Under the pieces are notes generated by a model, which saw only the letters and a list, made by a program, of their open reading frames with translations, had not been told where the DNA came from and searched no databases. Shown here one piece after another: positions 29,441 through 37,466 of a DNA stretch of 64,000 nucleotides. Origin of the DNA: Elusimicrobiota bacterium (GTDB taxonomy: Bacteria > Elusimicrobiota > Elusimicrobia > JACQPE01); NCBI GenBank assembly GCA_042563375.1, contig JBHPMF010000003.1, forward strand, positions 9,244 to 73,243, given 5' to 3'. Each line of letters begins with the position of its first letter. Positions within the stretch are counted from its first letter, which is position 1. The position numbers and the translations under genes are program-made.

Positions 29441-30894
29441 TGCTAACATTAAAGGACAGGAAAGAAGCATTAAGTAAGACGATCAAACATTTCAAGGAGC
29501 TGGGTATTATCATTCCAACATTCGCCCAGCTTGCTGATCCCAATAAGATCGATAAAAAGATCACGCAGAAGCTCAAGAAAATAGATCTAAACGAGGCGCA
29601 TCCCCTGAATCTGTTCAGGATAAACTGGAAGAACAATATAAAGAGCGGACTTTTCGGTGATGTGAACTTTATTGAGATTCCCAGGGAGCTCACAGGGGTC
29701 AAGGCAAGGATAATAGGGCTCGTTGGGAAGCATTTCCCAACAGGAGCGCATAAAGTCGGCGCGGCATTCGGATGTCTTATCCCCAAGCTCGTTAAAGGAG
29801 AATTCGATCCTACCATGCATAAGGCTGTGTGGCCCTCAACAGGCAATTATTGCAGAGGAGGAGCTTTTGACTGCGCTCTGCTTAACTGCCATGCTGTTGC
29901 CATACTTCCGCAGGAAATGAGCAAAGAGCGTTTTGACTGGCTCAAGTCCATCGGAGCTGAAGTGATAGCGACTCCGGGATGCGAAAGCAATGTCAAAGAG
30001 ATCTATGACAAATGCTGGGAGATCAGGGATACCAGGCAGGATTGCATAATTTTCAATCAGTTCGATGAGTTCGGCAACTCGATCTGGCATTACAATTGCA
30101 CAGGCAGGGCTGTTGAGAGCGTGTTCAAGAGTATTAAAACCGGGAACGAGCGTATTGCTGGTTTTGTGTCAGCCACAGGTTCCGCCGGCACGATCGCCAC
30201 AGGGGATTATCTCAAAGACACTTATCCCAATGTGAAGATCGCGGCTGTTGAGGCTTTGCAATGCCCTACTCTTTATTCAAATGGATTCGGGGGGCACAGG
30301 ATCGAAGGCATAGGAGACAAGCATGTGCCATGGATCCACAATGCCAGGAACACTGATTTTGTGATAGCTGTTGATGATGAGGATTGCATGAATATCCTGA
30401 GGCTTTTTAATGAGCCTGAAGGGATCAAGGCTTTGAAAGAAGCTGGGATCGATTCCAAGATCATTAAAAATCTCGGGCTGTTCGGGATCTCAGGCATATG
30501 CAACATGCTCTCATCGATAAAACTCGCGAAATATTATGAGCTCGGAACCGATGACATAATATTCACTGTTTTCACTGATTCAGCGGATCTCTACGGGTCG
30601 CGCATCAAGGAGCTGGAACAGGAAAAAGGGAAATATTCAAAGACGCGCGCATTGATCGATTTTGAAAAACGGATACTTGGCGCGGGCATAGATTATGTGA
30701 AAGAACTCGATTACTACTCAAAGAAGGCCATACACAATCTTAAGTATTTCACATGGGTCGAACAGCAGGGGAAATCGATAGAAGAACTCAATCGCCTCTG
30801 GGATCCTGATTTTTGGACCAATACCTACAGCCAGGTAAAAAATTGGGACAAGGAGATCCAGGAAGTCAATGATAAGGCGAATGTCAAGATCTAG
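29440..30894 (+). CDS. Fold-type II PLP-dependent enzyme, lyase/thiolase (OrtB-like) family candidate
   Basis: 484 aa. PTGAHKVGAAFG (PLP Lys) and STGNYCRGGAF...SATGSAGTIATG motifs. TGATG overlap with the upstream gene. Confidence 0.6.
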   Translation: MLTLKDRKEALSKTIKHFKELGIIIPTFAQLADPNKIDKKITQKLKKIDLNEAHPLNLFRINWKNNIKSGLFGDVNFIEIPRELTGVKARIIGLVGKHFPTGAHKVGAAFGCLIPKLVKGEFDPTMHKAVWPSTGNYCRGGAFDCALLNCHAVAILPQEMSKERFDWLKSIGAEVIATPGCESNVKEIYDKCWEIRDTRQDCIIFNQFDEFGNSIWHYNCTGRAVESVFKSIKTGNERIAGFVSATGSAGTIATGDYLKDTYPNVKIAAVEALQCPTLYSNGFGGHRIEGIGDKHVPWIHNARNTDFVIAVDDEDCMNILRLFNEPEGIKALKEAGIDSKIIKNLGLFGISGICNMLSSIKLAKYYELGTDDIIFTVFTDSADLYGSRIKELEQEKGKYSKTRALIDFEKRILGAGIDYVKELDYYSKKAIHNLKYFTWVEQQGKSIEELNRLWDPDFWTNTYSQVKNWDKEIQEVNDKANVKI

Positions 30895-32251
30895 GAAATC
30901 AATACTTCTTAAAAACGCCCTTGTTGTGGGCACGATGAACGACAAGGGGGATGAGATATCAGGCTGTGATATCCTCATTGAAGGCAGGGAAATAAAAAAA
31001 GTAGGCAAAAACATAAGAGCGCAGGGAGCCAGGGTTATAAATGTTTCAGGGTGCGTTGTTGTGCCGGGATTTGTAAACACGCATCATCATCTGTTCCAAA
31101 CCCTTACCCGCGCCATTGCACAAGTCCAAGACGCGAAACTTTTTGACTGGCTTGTTCATCTATATGGCATATGGAAAAGGGTGACTCCTGAAGCGGTCTA
31201 TACCAGCGCGCTTGTGGGTTTAGGCGAATTAATGCTCACAGGCTGCACAACATCATCAGATCATTTCTACATTTTCCCCAAAGGCCGAGGCAGTAACATG
31301 ATCGATTCCGAGATCGATGCTGCCAAAAAACTAGGGATCCGTTTTCATCCTTGCAGAGGTTCGATGTCCAGGGGAAAATCCAAGGGCGGGCTTCCTCCTG
31401 ACGAGGTAGTGCAGAGCGAAGACGTGATAATGAAAGATTCCGAAAGAGTGGTAAAAAAATTCCATGATCCTGAGAAGTTTTCCATGTGCAGGATAGCTCT
31501 TGCCCCGTGTTCTCCTTTTTCCGTTACAACGGACCTTTTAAAGCTTACCGCAGAAGCTTCTTGCAGGTGGAAAGTAAGACTGCATACCCATTTAGCAGAG
31601 ACCATAGATGAGGAAGAATACTGCAAGAGTATGTGTGGTATGAGGCCTTTGGAGTATCTTGACAGTGTTGGCTGGGTGGGTCCCGGAAGCTGGTTCGCTC
31701 ATTGTGTTCACATGGATCCGGGCGAGATCAAGCGTATGGCTCAAGCAGGAGCATGTGTTGCGCATTGTCCCACATCGAACTTAAGGCTCGGCTCAGGTAT
31801 TGCCCCTGTGAGGAATTTTTTAAATGCAGGAGTTTGCGTAAGCCTCGGGGTTGATGGCTCAGCTTCCAATGATGCTTCTGACATGCTTGGCGAAGTAAGA
31901 CAATGTATGCTTGTGCACAGAGTGAAAACCGGAGTGGATTCAATGACAGCAAGAGATGCTCTGCGCATTGCCACCAGAGGCGGGGCAAAAGCATTGGGAA
32001 GAGATGATATCGGTTCTATTGAGCCCGGAAAAGCAGCTGATATCGCTGTGTTTGATCTTGATCGCATTGATTTTGCAGGAGCTTGCCATGATCCCCTCGC
32101 CTCGATCGTGTTCGCCGGAGCCAGTCACAGGGCAAAGTGGGTCATTGCGAACGGAAAAATAGTCGTGAAAAACGGAATGCTCGTGAATATCAACGAGCAA
32201 AAACTTGTCAAACAAGCCAACAAAGCAGCTCTTAAGCTCGCCAATAATTAA
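30869..32251 (+). CDS. Amidohydrolase, 8-oxoguanine/isoxanthopterin deaminase-like (AtzB/SsnA-related)
   Basis: VVPGFVNTHHHLFQTLTR metal-binding motif, plus HTHLAE and VSLGVDGSASND. Alternative start at 30881. Confidence 0.75.
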   Translation: MIRRMSRSRKSILLKNALVVGTMNDKGDEISGCDILIEGREIKKVGKNIRAQGARVINVSGCVVVPGFVNTHHHLFQTLTRAIAQVQDAKLFDWLVHLYGIWKRVTPEAVYTSALVGLGELMLTGCTTSSDHFYIFPKGRGSNMIDSEIDAAKKLGIRFHPCRGSMSRGKSKGGLPPDEVVQSEDVIMKDSERVVKKFHDPEKFSMCRIALAPCSPFSVTTDLLKLTAEASCRWKVRLHTHLAETIDEEEYCKSMCGMRPLEYLDSVGWVGPGSWFAHCVHMDPGEIKRMAQAGACVAHCPTSNLRLGSGIAPVRNFLNAGVCVSLGVDGSASNDASDMLGEVRQCMLVHRVKTGVDSMTARDALRIATRGGAKALGRDDIGSIEPGKAADIAVFDLDRIDFAGACHDPLASIVFAGASHRAKWVIANGKIVVKNGMLVNINEQKLVKQANKAALKLANN

Positions 32252-32335
32252 TCTTGTAACCATGACATCCGCTTCGCTGCACTATTCGCTTCATTGATAC
32301 CAAGGGAATAGCGCTGCTCCGCTGCGCTGTGCTGT

Positions 32336-32636
32336 CATCCTGGGCATAATACTCAAAAAGTGTTGCTGATAAAAGACTGTTTTCCGAATAGAAAATGGGC
32401 TTTTAACCCCTCGATTATCAAAACTGTTTGATAATTAGAAATCATTTTGGACGCGAAACAGTGCGTATGCATCTTCTTTGTCGCCCTGAACTTGTTTCAG
32501 GATCTCATAAAGCTTCCGTCGAGAGACTTTAAAATAGCGGTATTCTCATTGAGATCCTGAAACAAGTTCAGGATGACATGAAGAAATAATGGGGTCAACA
32601 AATCAGCAACAATTTTTGACCATTATGCCCAGGATG
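32336..32636. mobile_element. MITE-like element with 35-nt terminal inverted repeats containing a second inverted-repeat element (32480-32577)
   Basis: CATCCTGGGCATAATACTCAAAAAGTGTTGCTGAT pairs with ATCAGCAACAATTTTTGACCATTATGCCCAGGATG. The inner 28-nt arms have 2 mismatches. Confidence 0.65.
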
Positions 32637-32688
32637 AATCCTTCTTGATGTGGTGAGCGGAGTCGAACCATAGGGGACGCGTGGAAAT

Positions 32689-32795
32689 GGATCCCGGATA
32701 TTTAATACATGGATCTTTATTGCAAATGTGGAAATGTGTTAAATTCCGGGATGAATATAATACGTCTCCGGTAGGGGACGTATTATATTCATTTT
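32689..32795 (+). repeat. D-type element (copy D3) with an insertion in its first hairpin loop; preceded by an E half-element (32649-32681)
   Basis: GGATCCCGGA[insert]TCCGGGATGAATATAATACGTCTCCGGTAGGGGACGTATTATATTCATTTT. Confidence 0.75.
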
Positions 32796-32845
32796 GCCAA
32801 GAGCCTTGTTTTGTTGGATAATAGGGTTTACAAGGAATCACAATC

Positions 32846-34462
32846 ATGACGCAAAAACTTTTACTTGGGGATGAAGCTGTAGGCCAGGCTGCCATTGACG
32901 CCGGGATCAGCGGAGCTTTCAGTTATCCGGGAACTCCGTCAACCGAGATATTCGAGTATATCCAACGTTTGGCTTCTTCAAAGGGCGTGGCTGCAAAATG
33001 GTCAGGCAATGAGAAAGTGGCTTACGAGGAAGCTCTTGGCATGTCTTATATCGGGAAGCGCTCCATTGTTTCCATGAAATGCGTAGGCTTGAATGTGGCT
33101 GCTGACCCGTTCATGTGTTCAGCGCTTGCTAATATCAATGGAGGCCTTGTTGTTGTTGTGGCTGATGACCCGGGCATGCACTCATCGCAAAACGAGCAGG
33201 ATTCAAGGCATTATGCTCATTTCGCGAAGATCCCATGCTTTGAGCCGGGTGATGAGCAGGAGTGTTATGACATGACGCGCGAAGCTTTCAGGCTGAGCGA
33301 AAAATACCATGTTCCGGTTATGGTAAGGCTCGTGACCCGTCTTGCTCACAGCCGCGCAAAAGTAGAGCCCAGATCCGCCAGGAATACGCGGCAAGACTTG
33401 TTGTTTAAAAAAGATTTTGCGCAGTGGACCCTTCTTCCTGTTAATGCCAGGAAACAATTTGAAAAGCTTATCCGCAAACACGAGGAATTGCGCGAATATT
33501 CAGATTCGAGCCCGTGGAACAGGACCTTTAAAGCCGTTAAAAGCAAAAAAGGCATTATTTGCGCCGGCGTAGGCTTGGGATATTTAAAAGATGCTTTTGC
33601 TTTTTGCGATAAAGAGGCTCCGTATCTTGCTATCGGGTGTTATCCGCTCCCAATAAAAAAAATATCAGACTTTTTAAAGGGCAAGCAGGAGATACTTGTT
33701 ATTGAAGATGGTTATCCTTATATTGAGGATTATCTGCTTGGGTGTGCTGGGAAGGGTCCTGTTATTATCGGCAGAAAAACAGGGGCTTTGCCTTCAACAG
33801 GGGAACTTGATCCGGATTCTGTCATAGAGGCTGTAAGCTCTCTGCTAAAAACCAAAAAAATCTTCCCAAAGGAAAAGCATGTTAATATCCCAAAAAGACC
33901 TCCTTCGCTTTGTCCGGGGTGTCCGCATATTGACACCTATAAAGCTCTCAACGAAGCCAGGAAAGATAAGGAGCCATGCGTTGTTTTCTCTGATATCGGG
34001 TGCTATACGCTTGGAGCTTTGCCTCCGCATAGCGCAATAGACACTTGCGTTGAGATGGGAGCAAGCATCGGCATGGCTAAGGGAGCTTCTGATGGAGGTT
34101 TGAAATACGCGGTTGCTGTATTAGGGGATTCGACTTTTGAGCATTCAGGTATTGTTCCCTTGCTTGGAGCCGCAGTCGCCAATACTCCCATTACTGTGCT
34201 CATACTTGATAATCTGACTGTTGGCATGACAGGCACGCAAACTACTCTTGCCCAGGGCGACAGGATCCTTGAACTCGTGCGCGGTTTAGGTATTGACAAA
34301 GAGCACATACGATTACTTAATCCGATCCCAAAGAATCATGAGGAGAACGCGGGGATCATTTCACAAGAACTGGATTTCGCAGGACTTTCTGTGATCATTT
34401 CAAGAAGAGAATGCGTGCAATCCACGCGTAGAAAACTCAAAAGTTCCAAGGATTCAAATTAG
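32846..34462 (+). CDS. iorA: Indolepyruvate:ferredoxin oxidoreductase alpha subunit (no C-terminal ferredoxin-like domain visible)
   Basis: LLGDEAVGQAAIDAGISGAFSYPGTPSTEI, CPGCPH, and GDSTFEHSG TPP motif. It ends without a CxxCxxCxxxCP cluster. Confidence 0.85.
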   Translation: MTQKLLLGDEAVGQAAIDAGISGAFSYPGTPSTEIFEYIQRLASSKGVAAKWSGNEKVAYEEALGMSYIGKRSIVSMKCVGLNVAADPFMCSALANINGGLVVVVADDPGMHSSQNEQDSRHYAHFAKIPCFEPGDEQECYDMTREAFRLSEKYHVPVMVRLVTRLAHSRAKVEPRSARNTRQDLLFKKDFAQWTLLPVNARKQFEKLIRKHEELREYSDSSPWNRTFKAVKSKKGIICAGVGLGYLKDAFAFCDKEAPYLAIGCYPLPIKKISDFLKGKQEILVIEDGYPYIEDYLLGCAGKGPVIIGRKTGALPSTGELDPDSVIEAVSSLLKTKKIFPKEKHVNIPKRPPSLCPGCPHIDTYKALNEARKDKEPCVVFSDIGCYTLGALPPHSAIDTCVEMGASIGMAKGASDGGLKYAVAVLGDSTFEHSGIVPLLGAAVANTPITVLILDNLTVGMTGTQTTLAQGDRILELVRGLGIDKEHIRLLNPIPKNHEENAGIISQELDFAGLSVIISRRECVQSTRRKLKSSKDSN

Positions 34463-34468
34463 CGCGTT

Positions 34469-35056
34469 ATGAATAAGAACATAATACTTGCAGGAGTGGG
34501 CGGGCAGGGAATACTGACCATGTCAGGCATCCTTATCCGTGTTGCAGAAAAAGAAGGGTTCAATTTCAGGCAATCTGAAGTGCATGGTATGAGCCAGAGG
34601 GGCGGGTCCGTGGAATGCCATATAAAGATAACAAGCGACCGGGTGTTCAGCCCCCTTATTCCAAGAGGAACCTGTGATCTTATCATCGGACTTGAACCAT
34701 TGGAAGCCCTGCGATACACTGAATACCTTTCAAAAACAGGAGTGATCGTGACTAATTCGGTTCCTGTGAAGAATATAAAGAATTATCCCGATCATGAACA
34801 TGTCCTCAACAAACTTAAAAATTTTAAGAGGACAGTCATTCTTGATGCTGTCTCGATGGCTAAAGAAGCGGGTAATCCTTATGTGCAGAATATGGTGCTT
34901 TTGGGGGCTGCTTCTCCTTATGCCGGGCTTAAAGAAAGCAGTTTCCAGGCTGTTATCAGGGAGTCATTTGGTTCTGCCGGGGAAACAGCGCTAAGAGCTA
35001 ATTTGCGGGGTTTTGAGTCAGGGCTTGAGGGGATCAAGATGGAAATGGTTGCATGA
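34469..35056 (+). CDS. iorB: Indolepyruvate:ferredoxin oxidoreductase beta subunit
   Basis: NIILAGVGGQGILT motif and 195 aa. It lies 6 nt after iorA. Confidence 0.85.
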   Translation: MNKNIILAGVGGQGILTMSGILIRVAEKEGFNFRQSEVHGMSQRGGSVECHIKITSDRVFSPLIPRGTCDLIIGLEPLEALRYTEYLSKTGVIVTNSVPVKNIKNYPDHEHVLNKLKNFKRTVILDAVSMAKEAGNPYVQNMVLLGAASPYAGLKESSFQAVIRESFGSAGETALRANLRGFESGLEGIKMEMVA

Positions 35057-37311
35057 GGCAGATCGAGGCGATATTAGACAGATCTGCCCGCGAAAACAGG
35101 CTCTCTCTCACAGAGCCTGAAGTATATAAGGTTTTAAAACTGCTGGGATTAAAAGTCCCTATGCATTTCATCCTGCCGATAAAGAATCTCCCGAAAGCAA
35201 GCAGGCTCTTGGATGCAGCCCTTGAATATCTGCCGGGCAACGATATCGTGTTAAAAGTATCGATCCCCGGGCTTATGCATAAAAGCGATTCCGGAGGAGT
35301 GGCTGTTGTTGCCAAGGATTGCGATAGGATAATAAGAGCGGCAAAGAATATGCGCAAGAGATTCCCAAAAGCGCGCAATATCCTTTTATGCGAGTATGTG
35401 AGCACCAGGACCTTTTCATTGGGCCATGAATTGCTTTTGGGAGGCCGCTATGATGACGCATTCGGCCATGTCCTGTCTCTGGGCATAGGCGGAACCCATG
35501 CCCAAAGCATCATGTCTGCTTTAAAACGAGGATACGCGCCCTTTATCGCGCCCGCGAAGGAACTCGCAAACAAAAATAATCTGAAAAAAACCATGACCCG
35601 GGCATGGATATTAAACTATTGTCTTGGGAAAGTGCGCGGTTCAAAGCGCTTGATCCAGGACAGGGAGATCATCAAATGGGTTGCGGCATTCGCGAGACTC
35701 TTGGATCATTTTGGGCCTGATGGAAGATCAAAGTGGCTCATTGAGGAGATCGAGATCAATCCGCTGGCAGTTTCGAGCGGAAATTTGATCGCGCTTGACG
35801 GACTTTTAAGATTTAAGCGCGCATTAAAAGACAAACGCGTTTATCCCACGGCTAAGGCGATCTCGTCATTGCTTGAGCCTAAAAGCATAGCGATCGTGGG
35901 AGTGAGCGAAAGCATGAATATGGGGCGCATAATACTGCGAAACATGCTCGCTTCAGGTTTTGCTTCCGGACGCATCCATATTCTAAAGAAGAACACGCAA
36001 GAGATAGACGGGGTGAAATGCTATAAAAGCGCTGCGTCTTTACCGGGGAAAGTCGACGCCATGATCGTCACTGTTCCCTCAAAAGAAGTGCCTTCTGTTA
36101 TCAAGGATGCTGCGAGATCACGCAAGGTGCGGGGAATCGTGCTTATCAGCGGCGGAATGGGGGAAAAGAAAGGAAGCAAGAATATCCGCGATAAAGTGAG
36201 CAGGATCATCGCAGATGCCAAGCGCTCAAATAAAGATTTTGCCCTCAATGGCGGCAATTCTCTTGGGATCGTCTCAGTCCCGGCCAAGCTAAACACTTTT
36301 TTCGTGCCTGAGCATAAAATGCGTATTCCAATGCGCGATAACGCGGATATCGCGCCAACAGCATTCATAAGCCAGAGCGGCGCGTTCACTCTCTCTGTTT
36401 TAAGCCGCATGCCATGGCTGGCGCCGGAGTATATCGTGTCCGTGGGCAATCAGATGGACGTGACCGTTGTTGATTACGTGAATCAGGTATGTAAGCGCAG
36501 GAATATTAAGAACATCCTGGTTTATTGCGAAGGTTTTGCTCATCAGGATGGGTCAAGGCTTGCCGGAAGCATCTCAAAAGCAGTCGCAGCAGGGAAAACT
36601 GTGATTGTTTACAAAGCAGGCAGGACTCAAGCAGGCTCAAGCGCTGCAACCGGGCATACAGCTTCTATTGCAGGGGATTGGGTTACAGCAGAAGCTGTTC
36701 TAAAGCGTTCAGGAGCCGTGTTCGCTGATTCTTTTGATGAGTTCAATGACATGGCGAAATTATCCTCATTTATGGGCAAATTTTCACTTAAAAAAGGAAA
36801 TATGTTCTTGATGAGCAATGCGGGCTTTGAAACCGTGGGCATGGCGGATAATATTGACCGCGTTTCCAGCATAAACCTGGCGCAAGTAGATAAAACACTG
36901 CGCAAAAAACTTGTTAAGGCGATCAGCGCGTCAGGATTAAGCAATATCGTGGATGTGAATAATCCCCTTGATATCACTCCTATGGCTAATGATAATGCTG
37001 TTATATCCATGATGGAATCAGCGCTTTCTTCCAAGAATGTAGATTGCCTTGTTGTGTCGCTTGTTCCCATGACGCCCCAGCTTCAAACCCTGCCATCTCA
37101 AGGCGAGTGCAAAGAAGATTTCACGCGATCGCCTGTTATGATCAGATCCAGGGGTCTGTCCGATAAATATAGAAAACCTATTGTGTTCTGCATTGCGGCA
37201 GGAAGCCTTTATGATGATTACGCACGAGCATTGGAGGAAAGCGGGTTTGCGGTGTTCCGATCCGCTGACCGCGCCATCCGCGCCCTCTCGAAATATATTA
37301 ATGCGCGATAG
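35053..37311 (+). CDS. ADP-forming acetyl/acyl-CoA synthetase, fused ATP-grasp (beta) and CoA-binding/ligase (alpha) domains
   Basis: N-terminal ATP-grasp (VLKVSIPGLMHKSDSGGV), then CoA-binding (PKSIAIVGVSES) and a ligase-CoA region. ATGA overlap with iorB. Confidence 0.8.
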   Translation: MRQIEAILDRSARENRLSLTEPEVYKVLKLLGLKVPMHFILPIKNLPKASRLLDAALEYLPGNDIVLKVSIPGLMHKSDSGGVAVVAKDCDRIIRAAKNMRKRFPKARNILLCEYVSTRTFSLGHELLLGGRYDDAFGHVLSLGIGGTHAQSIMSALKRGYAPFIAPAKELANKNNLKKTMTRAWILNYCLGKVRGSKRLIQDREIIKWVAAFARLLDHFGPDGRSKWLIEEIEINPLAVSSGNLIALDGLLRFKRALKDKRVYPTAKAISSLLEPKSIAIVGVSESMNMGRIILRNMLASGFASGRIHILKKNTQEIDGVKCYKSAASLPGKVDAMIVTVPSKEVPSVIKDAARSRKVRGIVLISGGMGEKKGSKNIRDKVSRIIADAKRSNKDFALNGGNSLGIVSVPAKLNTFFVPEHKMRIPMRDNADIAPTAFISQSGAFTLSVLSRMPWLAPEYIVSVGNQMDVTVVDYVNQVCKRRNIKNILVYCEGFAHQDGSRLAGSISKAVAAGKTVIVYKAGRTQAGSSAATGHTASIAGDWVTAEAVLKRSGAVFADSFDEFNDMAKLSSFMGKFSLKKGNMFLMSNAGFETVGMADNIDRVSSINLAQVDKTLRKKLVKAISASGLSNIVDVNNPLDITPMANDNAVISMMESALSSKNVDCLVVSLVPMTPQLQTLPSQGECKEDFTRSPVMIRSRGLSDKYRKPIVFCIAAGSLYDDYARALEESGFAVFRSADRAIRALSKYINAR

Positions 37312-37338
37312 CGCTCCAATGAAATTTTTCTCCTCTTT

Positions 37339-37391
37339 TTCTCCTCCCCCCTGGAGGGGGAGGACTAAGGCGGGGGGGATAAAGTATTTCC
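37339..37391 (+). repeat. A-type element (copy A2, uninterrupted)
   Basis: TTCTCCTCCCCCCTGGAGGGGGAGGACTAAGGCGGGGGGGATAAAGTATTTCC. Confidence 0.75.
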
Positions 37392-37466
37392 TTCCTCTTG
37401 ATTTGGGATGTGGGGTGGGAATGGTAAAGTTTTCCAAAGTATAAAGAGTATCAATGAAAATATCCA

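Noticed and set aside
32623-32895. 90-aa minus-strand ORF upstream of iorA
   Set aside because: It runs through the E and D repeat copies and into the iorA start, with no coding signal.
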